Positions 17,601 to 27,007 of a stretch of 64,000 nucleotides of DNA are shown one piece after another. This stretch comes from an uncultured virus (IMG/VR IMGVR_UViG_3300025128_000023) (lineage: Duplodnaviria > Heunggongvirae > Uroviricota > Caudoviricetes). Under the pieces are notes generated by a model. That model did no database searches and had not been told where the DNA came from. It saw only the letters and a list, made by a program, of their open reading frames with translations. How positions within the stretch are numbered: position 1 is the stretch's first letter; every line of letters starts with the position of its first letter. Location of the stretch: IMG/VR virus record IMGVR_UViG_3300025128_000023. One strand, written 5' to 3'. The translations under genes were made by a program, and so were the position numbers.

Positions 17601-19169
17601 ACAGTAACATTAAATTGTTCTATTACAAATAACAACCAGCTAACTAATGGAGCTGGATATGTAACAAGTTCAGGAGTAACTTCGATAGGAACAGGAACTG
17701 GATTAGATGGTGGAGTTATTACTGGAAGTGGTACAATTACTTTAGATTTATCTGAATTAACTGCAACCACAACAATGGTAGCCTCAGATGAGTTTATAGT
17801 ATTGGATGCGGATGCAGAAAGAAAAATTGAAGCTTCTGATATAGGACTTAGTATATTTAATAATGATGCTGGCTTTACAAGTAGCACTGGAGATATAACT
17901 AATGTATCTACAACTTCTCCAATTAGTGGAGGAGGCTCAAGTGGATCAGTAACAATATCACACGCTAACTCTGGAGTTACTGCTAATACATATACCAATG
18001 CAACTGTTACAGTAAATGCATCTGGACACATTACTTCTGCATCAAGTGGTACTGATAATCAAGGTGTAACATCGGTTGCAACAGGAACAGGATTAACTGG
18101 AGGAACTATTACTGGAAGTGGTACTATATCTTTAGATTTAGAAGGTTTATCAGTCACTTCAAACTCAGGTAATGCAGATTGGTTTCCAATTATAAATACT
18201 TCAGGAAATCAATATAGAATAGCACCTGGAGATATTGATTTGTCCACATTTAATAATGACAGTGGATGGACAACAAACAATGGAGATATTACAGCAGTAG
18301 TTGCTGGAACAAACTTGACTGGTGGTGGTACAAGTGGATCAGTTACAATAAATATGGGACTTGGTGGTGTTGGTGCAGGTACTTATGGTAGTACATCAAA
18401 TTCTACTAAAATAGATAATATAACTGTAGATGCCTATGGAAGAGTAACTAATATAACAACTGGAGGAACTGGTAGTGGTGATGGAGATATTACAGCAGTA
18501 GTTGCAGGAACTGGATTAAGTGGTGGTGCATCTTCAGGTAGTGCTACAGTAAATTTAGATGTAGGTTCATCGGGAGACTGGTGGGATAAAGCAATGTATG
18601 TAGCATCTGATGGTGTTATGGAGGCAGGTAAATATATGGACTGGCATGATGCAGATGGCGATACTTCAGACTTTGATGTTAGAATGACTTGTGTTGGTTC
18701 TCAAATGCAATTTAGTGGTGATATATTAGCATCAAGTACAATTAATTCAAATGCAGATTTAAGAGCTCCAATCTTTTATGACTCAGCTAATACCAGTTAT
18801 TATTTTGATGGAAGCAATACTGGAGATTCAATTAGAGTTGCTGGAGACATTGTAGCTTACTATTCAGATGAAAGACTAAAAGATATACAAGGTAACATAC
18901 CAGATGCTTTAAATAAAGTAAAACAACTTAATGGTTTCTATTATACAGCTAATGAAAAAGCTCAAGAGTATGGTTACGAAGCAGACAAAAAAGTTGGATT
19001 ATCTGCACAAGAAGTAGAGTCGGTATTACCCGAAATTATAAAAGAAGCACCGATCGGTGATGGTTATAAAACTGTTGATTATGCTAAGGTTGTGCCTTTA
19101 CTTGTTGAAGCGATAAAAGACTTATCGAAAGAATTAGATGAAGTAAAGAAACAACTTAAACATAACTAA
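14685..19169 (+). CDS. Long tail fibre with C-terminal peptidase S74 intramolecular chaperone
   Basis: Repeated GDITAV.AGTGMSGGG.SG.VTL units; C-terminal YYSDERLKDI...GLSAQEVE...VDYAKVVPLLVEAIKDL. Confidence 0.9.
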   Translation: MAIQYLSSLNIDGGITTGSSSTIAGATFTSGLAMSTNKITGVGDPTQAQDAATKNYVDSLSVGVTEVDASGTKNGLTLTTSPATGIVSTGSVVLGGTLAINNSDWSGNDLSIANGGTGASTAANALINLGGSNVGINIFEATDPSAVTFLRANADNSVSFLSASAFRTAIGAGTGSGSMSSWIISADNAGTATVTDGETVNIGGGTNITTSRTGNAVTITNDITNLNQLTNGPGYTTNTGTVTSVGFTHQGDAFTVGGQPVTSSGTLAITMAGTSSQYIDGAGNLTTFPSIPQGDITGVSASTNDNYLGITVANSTGPVPQVGINISGLTALSATPADEDELIIYDEGAPKNKKITVQNLMAAAPQGDITAVVAGTGMSGGGTSGSVTLNCSITNNNQLTNGAGYTTFAEPGIFSGGGTPTLASGVTGAEIRSLIGAGTGTGSVTSVATGAGLTGGTITGSGTVAIDYAGSDNLVLAATEATIGNTSSIIYNQSNNAYRALLSDIGLSKFSNDSGFTTNTGTVTSVTVSAGSGLGGGGTVTTSGTITLTADVTASSSTTFTNKSGNISQWTNDSGYTTNVGDITAVNAGTGMSGGGSSGSVTLNCTVVGDTGVPAILSNGSTPSLNSGITGAEVRSLIGAGTSSSSGVTSVGATAPVTSTGGTTPTIGVDTAAVSGASSKLATGAQIQTAINSAIANVPSGLAFEGNWNASTDNPDLSGLSPDNGQFWIVSVAGSTNLDGITDWKVGDWAIYVDNGAGTDAWQKVDNTSILSGSGSSAQVAVWSGSASLVGDAGLTYNTASNNLVVSGGITWSGGGSTESNSAYDNMITGFSDSGSSTVTLTLTQQDGGTLTTSFAVPQGDITAVTAGTGMSGGGTSGSVTLTNTDLGSSQNIYKNFSADNGGTATANSNNDTLTITGGTNINTARSGDTFTINNEITNNNQLTNGAGYTTNVGDITGVTAGTGMSGGGTSGTVTLNCSITNNNQLTNGAGYVTSSGVTSIGTGTGLDGGVITGSGTITLDLSELTATTTMVASDEFIVLDADAERKIEASDIGLSIFNNDAGFTSSTGDITNVSTTSPISGGGSSGSVTISHANSGVTANTYTNATVTVNASGHITSASSGTDNQGVTSVATGTGLTGGTITGSGTISLDLEGLSVTSNSGNADWFPIINTSGNQYRIAPGDIDLSTFNNDSGWTTNNGDITAVVAGTNLTGGGTSGSVTINMGLGGVGAGTYGSTSNSTKIDNITVDAYGRVTNITTGGTGSGDGDITAVVAGTGLSGGASSGSATVNLDVGSSGDWWDKAMYVASDGVMEAGKYMDWHDADGDTSDFDVRMTCVGSQMQFSGDILASSTINSNADLRAPIFYDSANTSYYFDGSNTGDSIRVAGDIVAYYSDERLKDIQGNIPDALNKVKQLNGFYYTANEKAQEYGYEADKKVGLSAQEVESVLPEIIKEAPIGDGYKTVDYAKVVPLLVEAIKDLSKELDEVKKQLKHN

Positions 19170-19171
19170 CA

Positions 19172-19888
19172 ATGGCAGTACCTTCAAGTGGAACATTAGA
19201 AATGTTAGGAATAGCTCAAGAGTGTATGTATGCTACATATGGCTCAGGGACTATAACAGGTGGTATACATATAGACTGTCTTGTTAATGGTGGACAGTGT
19301 GCACCTGGAACAATGACATACCCAACTATAAACACCGCTTCTCCATCACATCCCAATACCACTGTTCCTTACGAGTTTTCTGAATTTTATGGATATGATA
19401 AAGATGCTACATCATCTATTCAACGATTTAGAACCAGTGGAACTTATCCTAAAAAAGTATTTGGTTGTTTTCAAACTTGTTCTACTTCAATGTATACCTC
19501 TGGTGCAGTTGCAGTAGGAGTTAATGTATACACCAACTCAGCCCTAACCACTCCCATAGGTAATGGTAACTGGGGAGGGGCTGGAACATCTTCTGGAGCA
19601 TCATCTACTTATGTTTTTACTATTGTATTTGGAACTGGGTATTTATCTGCCATATTATTATGTAGTGGTCCATCTGATGAAAGATTAAAAAAGAATATAA
19701 AAAAAATAGGTGTTTCACGAAAAGGTGTAAACATCTATGAATTTGAATATAAATACCCCGAAATAGATTTTGGTGGTAAATTTCAAGGTGTTCTTGGACA
19801 TGAAGTTCCTTGGGCGGCTACTGAAGCTGAAAATGGATATTTGTATGTAGATTATTCAAAAGTAGATGTAATTTGTAAATCAATATGA
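19172..19888 (+). CDS. Small tail-associated protein with C-terminal S74-like domain
   Basis: PSDERLKKNIKKIG...IYEFEY...GVLGHEV...YVDYSKV. Confidence 0.75.
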   Translation: MAVPSSGTLEMLGIAQECMYATYGSGTITGGIHIDCLVNGGQCAPGTMTYPTINTASPSHPNTTVPYEFSEFYGYDKDATSSIQRFRTSGTYPKKVFGCFQTCSTSMYTSGAVAVGVNVYTNSALTTPIGNGNWGGAGTSSGASSTYVFTIVFGTGYLSAILLCSGPSDERLKKNIKKIGVSRKGVNIYEFEYKYPEIDFGGKFQGVLGHEVPWAATEAENGYLYVDYSKVDVICKSI

Positions 19889-20397
19889 AAATAGAAGTAT
19901 TAAAACTACAGCAATACGAAGGAGAAAACTTTAGTGTTACTAAAAGTCAAGGAAAAGCTACAATGCATTTTGGAGATAATTATATTGAGAATGAAGATTA
20001 TTATGCTGATTATATGTTAGGGCAGTGTGAATGCCCAGGCATTTCACAACTGTTTGATGGAGTAGAAACTAATAGTATACTTATCTGTGGTTTAGGAATG
20101 GGATTAGTTCCATTATTAGCTAACACTTTGTATAAAAAAGTAGATGTTATTGACAATGACCAAGAGTTAATAGATTATGCAATTAACAGAGAAATAATAC
20201 CAGTTGGTGTAGGGTTGTTTTATGCAGATGCATACACTTACACTCCTTCACAAAAATATGATGTTATTTTAGTTGATTTATGGTGGGATGCTGATGATAT
20301 AAGTGATGAGGAAAAAGACATGTTGTTATCTAACTATGAAAACTATTTAAATGAAGGTGGAAAAATTATATTGCCTGTTACACTTAACTCATTGTAA
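19885..20397 (+). CDS. Class I SAM-dependent methyltransferase (spermidine-synthase-like)
   Basis: ILICGLGMG, VDVID, YDVILVD and LNEGG motifs. Confidence 0.75.
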   Translation: MKIEVLKLQQYEGENFSVTKSQGKATMHFGDNYIENEDYYADYMLGQCECPGISQLFDGVETNSILICGLGMGLVPLLANTLYKKVDVIDNDQELIDYAINREIIPVGVGLFYADAYTYTPSQKYDVILVDLWWDADDISDEEKDMLLSNYENYLNEGGKIILPVTLNSL

Positions 20398-20409
20398 ATT
20401 AATTTTTAC

Positions 20410-20417
20410 TATCTTTG
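20410..20417 (+). promoter_or_regulatory. -7 promoter element TATCTTTG
   Basis: Intergenic consensus match. Confidence 0.7.
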
Positions 20418-20451
20418 TCCAATAAATGTTTAACAATTTAAATTAAATACA

Positions 20452-20712
20452 ATGGCAAAAAATTTGACAGAAGAAGAATTAAAAAGTATTCAAGATATAA
20501 ATCAAAGATTTATGAATACTAAGGTAGCAATTGCAGACGCAGTTGTAAGTCAAAAACAAATGATAGAAGCTTTAGACACTATACAAGAAGAGTTTAGAGA
20601 TTTAGAAAAAGGACTCACTAAAAAGTATGGAGAGAATGCGACTATCGATTTAAGAACTGGAGAGGTAAAAGACCCTGAACCAGTTGTAGAGAAAGAAGAA
20701 AAGAAAAAGTAA
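20452..20712 (+). CDS. Coiled-coil hypothetical protein
   Basis: Heptad-rich; KYG...IDL.TGE. Confidence 0.75.
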   Translation: MAKNLTEEELKSIQDINQRFMNTKVAIADAVVSQKQMIEALDTIQEEFRDLEKGLTKKYGENATIDLRTGEVKDPEPVVEKEEKKK

Positions 20713-21237
20713 ATGGCGAGAATAAGTAACACATCTGCATATCCAAATGTTGTAGCTCCAACTATTACTGACTATTTAGTGTTAACTGATCAATCAGATA
20801 ACTTAGTAACTAAAAGTTGTACATTAGGAGATTTACAAGATTTATATGGGGTAGATACTTTGGTTGCTCATGTTCAAGTTAATTCTGCTGAACAATTACT
20901 ATTATCAACAACACCTAAAGAGTTAATTGCAGCTCCAGGAGCTAACAAAGTTATTGATGTAATGGATGTGGCTATCTATGTAGATGCTGGTTCAAGTGCA
21001 TATAACTATGGAAATAACTTAGTTGTAAAGAATGGTAATGCTTATGATTTGTTTTCTATCACTGCTCAGACCGCAAACTTTGCTACAGATATTGTAAAAA
21101 AGTTTCAAATTGCTACAGGGGTATTACCACAAAACACAGCAGTCACTTTGAACACAGCCGCAAACCCAACCCAAGGTAATGGTGTGCTATACTTAAACTT
21201 ATATTACCGAGTTCTCAATATTGGAACTTCATTTTAA
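20713..21237 (+). CDS. Putative virion structural protein
   Basis: MARIS-type N-terminus similar to 11525; beta-rich. Confidence 0.6.
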   Translation: MARISNTSAYPNVVAPTITDYLVLTDQSDNLVTKSCTLGDLQDLYGVDTLVAHVQVNSAEQLLLSTTPKELIAAPGANKVIDVMDVAIYVDAGSSAYNYGNNLVVKNGNAYDLFSITAQTANFATDIVKKFQIATGVLPQNTAVTLNTAANPTQGNGVLYLNLYYRVLNIGTSF

Positions 21238-21241
21238 TTAA

Positions 21242-21460
21242 ATGGACATACGAAAAATATCTATAGGAGCAGACTATAAGTCTGGTGCAATGCATTATAT
21301 AGTCGGACAAGAAGTCTTGGGTGGCAAGTATGTAATCCATTTAATACAACAAGAAACAGAAGCATATAAAATTTGGATCATAAAAGGCGAAGAAGTTTTG
21401 CTTTGGAAAGAGTTCAAATATACTATGCCTGTATCGTTGGAATACAATATACACTTTTAA
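21242..21460 (+). CDS. Hypothetical protein
   Basis: ORF MDIRKISIGADYK. Confidence 0.75.
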   Translation: MDIRKISIGADYKSGAMHYIVGQEVLGGKYVIHLIQQETEAYKIWIIKGEEVLLWKEFKYTMPVSLEYNIHF

Positions 21461-22023
21461 TGAAGTCCCCCTTTTCTTTTTTAGTATCTCCTATTAATAA
21501 TAGAAGATATAACAATATTAAAAAAATTGGAGATGTTGATTTTATAACAAGCGCATCTGAAGAAGACCATAAATCATCTAATAGGTTTGCTACAGTAAAA
21601 GCAACCCCCATAAATTATAAAGGAGAAATAGAAGTTGGTGACACTTTAGTTGTTCATCACAATGTATTTAAATTTTATAATGATATGTATGGAAGAAGAC
21701 AAAGTGGAAGGAGTTTTTTAAGAGATGATTTGTTTATTGTTGACAACGATCAGTTTTTTCTATATAAAAAAGATGGTGTATGGAAAGGACATGATAAATA
21801 TTGTTTTATAAAGCCATCTCAAAAAAAAGAAAGCTTTATAGAAAAAGGTGGCAGTATCGAACCTTTAGTTGGTGTAATTAAATATATTAACAAAGAACTT
21901 GAAGACTTAGGTTTACAAGTGGGTGATGAAATAGCCTACCAACCTGATAGTGAATATGAATTTATAATTGATGATGAAGTATTGTACAGAATGTTTACTT
22001 CACATATAACTGTAAAACTATAA
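21460..22023 (+). CDS. Tandem GroES-fold-like protein
   Basis: Two units (F.V.P...A/G.V...(I/L).VGD.(L/I)...); start moved to TAATG-coupled ATG 21460. Confidence 0.55.
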   Translation: MKSPFSFLVSPINNRRYNNIKKIGDVDFITSASEEDHKSSNRFATVKATPINYKGEIEVGDTLVVHHNVFKFYNDMYGRRQSGRSFLRDDLFIVDNDQFFLYKKDGVWKGHDKYCFIKPSQKKESFIEKGGSIEPLVGVIKYINKELEDLGLQVGDEIAYQPDSEYEFIIDDEVLYRMFTSHITVKL

Positions 22024-22298
22024 TGGAAACAAGAGATATTAAGTTAGAAATTATAAAAGCAGGTGAAAGAGCTGTAAGACAACTAATTAAAGTTGCAAAA
22101 GAAGAAATAATCAAACCAGATCCCGAGGATGAGTTAGCCGCAGATAGATTAAAAAATGCCGCAGCTACAAAAAAATTAGCCATCTTTGATGCTTTTGAAA
22201 TACTCAAAAGAATAGAAGATGAAAAATTATTATTAGAAGGTAATGAAGTTACAAAAACAAAAACGCCTCAAGGATTTGCAGAATCACGGTCAAGATAG
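22023..22298 (+). CDS. Putative terminase small subunit
   Basis: Small helical protein immediately upstream of TerL. Confidence 0.45.
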   Translation: METRDIKLEIIKAGERAVRQLIKVAKEEIIKPDPEDELAADRLKNAAATKKLAIFDAFEILKRIEDEKLLLEGNEVTKTKTPQGFAESRSR

Positions 22299-24519
22299 TT
22301 TATATACTATCATAAAAGACGTTGTTCCAAAAAATGTTATGTCTCGAAAAAATAAAGCTCGAGCATGGCAGCCTGGGTATAATGAAAAATATGATATAGT
22401 AGTTATATCTACTGATGGCACTATTGGTGATGTATATGATATCAACAATGTAAAGATAGCTTTGCCTTCTACTCCAAAACTTACTTCTAAGTTAGAAAAA
22501 ACTAAACAGTATTGGAAACCACAAGAATATCCTAAAGAACTTAAAAGAGTACAAACTATATTTCAATGGCATGAAGCACCACCTCAGTTTAAAAATAAAT
22601 GGGTGGATTATATTGAAACAGAGTTTAATAGAAGAGAACAAGGATATTGGTTTTTAAATAATGGCATCCCTACATATATAACTGGCACACACTATATGTA
22701 TTTACAATGGACTAAAATCGATGTAGGACATCCTGATTTTAGAGAAGCTAATAGAATATTTTATATATACTGGGAAGCTTCTAAATTAGATAAAAGAAGT
22801 TTTGGAATGTGTTATTTAAAAATAAGAAGATCAGGGTTTTCTTTTATGAGTTCTTGTGAAGGTGTCAATACTGCAACTATTTCTAAAGATTCACGAATAG
22901 GTATTTTATCTAAAACTGGTTCAGATGCTAAAAAAATGTTTACTGACAAGGTTGTTCCTATCTCTAATAATTATCCTTTCTTTTTTAAACCTATTCAAGA
23001 TGGTATGGACAAACCTAAAACCGAATTAGCTTATAGAGTTCCAGCTTCTAAGATTACTAAGAAAAATATGTTTGATCAAGGTGAAGAAGAATTAGAGGGT
23101 TTAGATACCACTATTGACTGGAAGAATACGTCTGACAACAGTTATGATGGAGAAAAGCTACAATTATTATTACATGATGAGAGTGGTAAATGGGAAAGAC
23201 CTGAAAATATTTTAAATAACTGGAGGGTAACTAAAACTTGTTTAAGATTAGGAAGTAAAATTATTGGTAAATGTATGATGGGTTCTACCTCTAATGCATT
23301 AGATAAAGGAGGGGGAAATTTTAAGGCATTATTTTATGATTCTGATCCATCAAAAAGAAATCAAAATGGACAAACAAAATCAGGGCTATATAATTTATTT
23401 ATTCCAATGGAATGGAATATGGAAGGTTTTATCGATAGATATGGTATGCCAGTATTAAAAAATCCCGAAACATATGTGGTTGGAATAGATGGAGAAAACA
23501 TTTATCAAGGCGCTATTGATTATTGGGAAAATGAAGTAGAGTCATTAACTATTGATCCTGATGCACTTAATGAATATTATAGACAATTTCCTCGTTCTGA
23601 GTCACATGCATTTAGAGATGAGAGTAAACAGTCTTTATTTAATCTTACAAAAATTTATCAACAAATTGATTATAATGACTCATTAATAATGAAACACCAT
23701 ATGGTTCAAGGTAGTTTTCATTGGAAAGATGGCATACAAGATACTAAAGTAATTTGGACTCCAAATACAAGAGGCAGATTTTTTGTATCTTATCTACCTA
23801 AACCTGAACAACAAAACAGAGTTATTGCTAAGAATGGAAGGAAACTTCCAGGTAATGAACACTTAGGTTCGTTTGGGTGTGACTCTTATGATATTTCAGG
23901 AGTAACAGTGGGTAGCGGTTCTAATGGATCATTACATGGTATGACTAAGTTTAATATGGATGAGTGGCCAAGTAATCACTTTTTTTTAGAATACATAGCT
24001 CGACCACAAACTGCTGAGATATTTTTTGAAGAAGTCTTAATGGCATGTGTTTTTTATGGTATGCCAATATTGGTTGAAAATAACAAACCTCGATTACTTT
24101 ATCATTTTAAAAATAGAGGGTATAGAGGATTTAGTTTAAACAGACCAGATAAAACATTTAATAAACTATCTAAAACTGAAAAAGAATTAGGAGGTATACC
24201 AAATACATCAGAGGATGTTAAACAAGCTCATGCATCTGCAATTGAGTCTTATATAGAAAAACATATAGGTTTAGATATGGAGGGTACTTTCCGAGAAAAA
24301 GATGATATGGGTATGATGTATTTTCAAAGAACATTAGAAGACTGGGCTAAGTTTGATATTAATAACAGAACAAGGTTTGATGCTGCTATAAGTAGTGGGT
24401 TGGCCATCATGGCAAATCAAAAACACTTATACACTCCGACAAAAGAAAAGTCAAAAATTAGCATTAACTTTGCAAGGTATAACAACAAAAGTTCAGTAAG
24501 TCAATTACTTAATAGATGA
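22243..24519 (+). CDS. terL: Terminase large subunit
   Basis: LKIRRSGFS Walker A region, LLLHDESGKW Walker B, MGST coupling motif, nuclease GCDSYD / VENN / FDAAIS; exact start uncertain. Confidence 0.9.
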   Translation: MKLQKQKRLKDLQNHGQDSLYTIIKDVVPKNVMSRKNKARAWQPGYNEKYDIVVISTDGTIGDVYDINNVKIALPSTPKLTSKLEKTKQYWKPQEYPKELKRVQTIFQWHEAPPQFKNKWVDYIETEFNRREQGYWFLNNGIPTYITGTHYMYLQWTKIDVGHPDFREANRIFYIYWEASKLDKRSFGMCYLKIRRSGFSFMSSCEGVNTATISKDSRIGILSKTGSDAKKMFTDKVVPISNNYPFFFKPIQDGMDKPKTELAYRVPASKITKKNMFDQGEEELEGLDTTIDWKNTSDNSYDGEKLQLLLHDESGKWERPENILNNWRVTKTCLRLGSKIIGKCMMGSTSNALDKGGGNFKALFYDSDPSKRNQNGQTKSGLYNLFIPMEWNMEGFIDRYGMPVLKNPETYVVGIDGENIYQGAIDYWENEVESLTIDPDALNEYYRQFPRSESHAFRDESKQSLFNLTKIYQQIDYNDSLIMKHHMVQGSFHWKDGIQDTKVIWTPNTRGRFFVSYLPKPEQQNRVIAKNGRKLPGNEHLGSFGCDSYDISGVTVGSGSNGSLHGMTKFNMDEWPSNHFFLEYIARPQTAEIFFEEVLMACVFYGMPILVENNKPRLLYHFKNRGYRGFSLNRPDKTFNKLSKTEKELGGIPNTSEDVKQAHASAIESYIEKHIGLDMEGTFREKDDMGMMYFQRTLEDWAKFDINNRTRFDAAISSGLAIMANQKHLYTPTKEKSKISINFARYNNKSSVSQLLNR

Positions 24520-26951
24520 AGAAGGTAAATATAGATATTAAGGCTGCTGCATTTCCAGATCAATTTGTTTCTGATTCCGAAAAAGCTACAGTAGAATATG
24601 GGTTACAAGTAGGTCAAGCTATACAGTACGAATGGTTTCGTAGAGATAGTAACTCTTGTAGATTTTATAGCCAATGGGCAGAGTTTAATAAATTAAGACT
24701 CTATGCTCGTGGAGAGCAGTCTATTGCTAAATATAAAAATGAATTAGCAATAGATGGTGATTTATCTTATCTTAATTTAGACTGGACACCAGTTCCTATT
24801 ATTCCTAAGTTTATTGATATTGTAGTTAATGGAATGCAAGATCGTATGTTCAAAGTAAAAACATATGCTCAAGACGCGTTGTCTGCAGAAAAAAGAAGTC
24901 AGTTTCAAGAAATGGTAGAAGGAGATATGTTAGCAAAACCTATCTTAACACAAATGACTCAAGATTTTGGCATTGATGTATTCAATGTTCCTGAAGAAGA
25001 ATTACCTGAAACTGGAGAAGAACTTGAGTTGTTTATGAATTTAAAATATAAACCTGCAATAGAAATAGCTTGTGAAGAAGCAGTTAATACATTATTAGCT
25101 GAAAATCATTATGATGATACTCGTAAAAGAGTTGATTATGATATGGCTACTTTAGGTATCGGTATTACTAAACACGAGTTTTTGCAAGGACAAGGTGTAA
25201 AAATAAGTTATGTTGATCCTGTTAATGTGGTTTATAGTTACACAGAAGACCCATACTTTAAAGATTGTTTTTATTGGGGGGAAATTAAAACAGTTCCTAT
25301 AGGAGAATTACTTAAAATTGATCCAGAGTTAACTAATGAAGATTTAGAAGAAATATCTAAATATAGTCAATCGTGGTATAACTATTATCAAACTGCACAG
25401 ATGTATGAAAACAGTATGTTTTATAGAGACACTGCAACTTTGATGTATTTTAATTATAAAAGCACTAATTCTTTTGTTTATAAAAGAAAAAGAATGGAAG
25501 ATGGTACATATAAAACTGTAGAAAAAGATGATCAGTTTAATCCTCCAGCAGAAATGATGGAAGAAGGAAAGTTTGAAAAGGTAGAAAAAAAGATTGATGT
25601 ATGGTATGAAGGTGTAATGGTAATGGGTACAAATATTATTTTGCAGTGGCAAATGATGGAGAATATGGTAAGACCAAAATCTGCAAATCAATTTGCTATG
25701 CCAAATTATGTGGCTTGTGCACCAAGAAGTTACAAAGGTATGATGGAGTCATTGTGTAAAAGAATGATACCTTTCGCTGACTTAATTCAAATTACTCATT
25801 TGAAAATCCAACAAGTAGTTTCCAGAGTTGTACCTGATGGTGTATTTATTGATGCCGATGGTTTAAACGAAGTAGACTTAGGAACTGGACAAGCCTATAA
25901 TCCTGAAGATGCGTTACGATTATATTTTCAAACTGGTAGTGTTGTAGGTAGAAGTTACACTGGTGATGGCGAATTTAATAATGCAAGAGTTCCTATTCAA
26001 CAGTTAACTGCTAACAGTGGAGGTGGAAAACTTCAAATGTTAATTGGCAACTACAATCATTACTTAGATATGATTCGTACTGTTACTGGTTTAAATGAAG
26101 CTCGAGACGCTTCAGTACCAGATCCAAATTCTTTGGTTGGTGTACAAAAGTTAGCTGCACTTAATTCTAATGTAGCAACAAGACATATATTAGATGGAAG
26201 TTTATTTATTGCAAGAAGAATGGCAGAGTGTTTAACAATAAGAACTGCTGATATTTTAAAGTATGCAGATTTCAAAGATGAGTTTGCGATGCAAATAGGA
26301 AAATATAATCTTGCAATATTAGAAGACATAAAAGATTTATATATCTATGATTTTGGTGTGTTTATAGAACTTGCTCCTGATGAAGAGCAAAAAGCAATGT
26401 TAGAACAAAACATTCAAATGGCATTATCAAAAGAAAATATTAGTTTAGAAGATGCTATTGATATTAGAGAAATACATAATATTAAAATGGCTAATCAATT
26501 GTTGAAAGTTAAGAGAAAGAAAAAACAAGAAGCTGAGCAACAACAACAAATGATGCAACAACAAATGCAGGCCCAACAAGCTATGCAACAACAACAAGCT
26601 GCAGCAGAGATTGCAATGCAGAAACAAAAAATGGAGACTGAAGGTAAAATTGCAGTAGAACAAGCTAAGATACAGTATGAAATACAAAAGCTGACTGCAG
26701 AGAAAGAACTTAAATTAGCTCTAATGGCGGAGGAGTTTTCTTACAATATGCAACTAAAAGGCTTGGAACAACAAGCAATTGATACAAGAGAAGAAGCTAA
26801 AGAGCAAGGTAAGTCAGAGAGAATCAGTCAACAATCTACAGAAACATCTAAAATGATTGAACAGAAGAAAAGAGATTTACCTTCTATTAATTTTGAATCA
26901 AATGAAGATAGTTTAGATGGGTTTGATATGGCGGAGTTCGATCCAAGATAA
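24516..26951 (+). CDS. Portal protein
   Basis: 811 aa following TerL; PIIPKFIDIVVNG; Q-rich C-terminal coiled coil. Confidence 0.85.
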   Translation: MKKVNIDIKAAAFPDQFVSDSEKATVEYGLQVGQAIQYEWFRRDSNSCRFYSQWAEFNKLRLYARGEQSIAKYKNELAIDGDLSYLNLDWTPVPIIPKFIDIVVNGMQDRMFKVKTYAQDALSAEKRSQFQEMVEGDMLAKPILTQMTQDFGIDVFNVPEEELPETGEELELFMNLKYKPAIEIACEEAVNTLLAENHYDDTRKRVDYDMATLGIGITKHEFLQGQGVKISYVDPVNVVYSYTEDPYFKDCFYWGEIKTVPIGELLKIDPELTNEDLEEISKYSQSWYNYYQTAQMYENSMFYRDTATLMYFNYKSTNSFVYKRKRMEDGTYKTVEKDDQFNPPAEMMEEGKFEKVEKKIDVWYEGVMVMGTNIILQWQMMENMVRPKSANQFAMPNYVACAPRSYKGMMESLCKRMIPFADLIQITHLKIQQVVSRVVPDGVFIDADGLNEVDLGTGQAYNPEDALRLYFQTGSVVGRSYTGDGEFNNARVPIQQLTANSGGGKLQMLIGNYNHYLDMIRTVTGLNEARDASVPDPNSLVGVQKLAALNSNVATRHILDGSLFIARRMAECLTIRTADILKYADFKDEFAMQIGKYNLAILEDIKDLYIYDFGVFIELAPDEEQKAMLEQNIQMALSKENISLEDAIDIREIHNIKMANQLLKVKRKKKQEAEQQQQMMQQQMQAQQAMQQQQAAAEIAMQKQKMETEGKIAVEQAKIQYEIQKLTAEKELKLALMAEEFSYNMQLKGLEQQAIDTREEAKEQGKSERISQQSTETSKMIEQKKRDLPSINFESNEDSLDGFDMAEFDPR

Positions 26952-26977
26952 GCCCAAAATTTAGAAAAATAAATGTA

Positions 26978-26985
26978 TAACTTTG
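26978..26985 (+). promoter_or_regulatory. -7 promoter element TAACTTTG
   Basis: Consensus match upstream of scaffold and capsid genes. Confidence 0.7.
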
Positions 26986-27007
26986 TAAAAATTAAATTTA
27001 ATATAAT

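Noticed and set aside
15780..17670. DNA-level repeats (e.g. CAGGAATGAGTGGTGGAGG) as a DGR or invertible system
   Set aside because: Explained by protein repeats; no reverse transcriptase or invertase, and no adenine-specific TR/VR pair seen
14849..18031. Several long minus-strand ORFs within tail fibre genes
   Set aside because: Antisense shadows of Gly/Thr/Ser-rich codons; no start context
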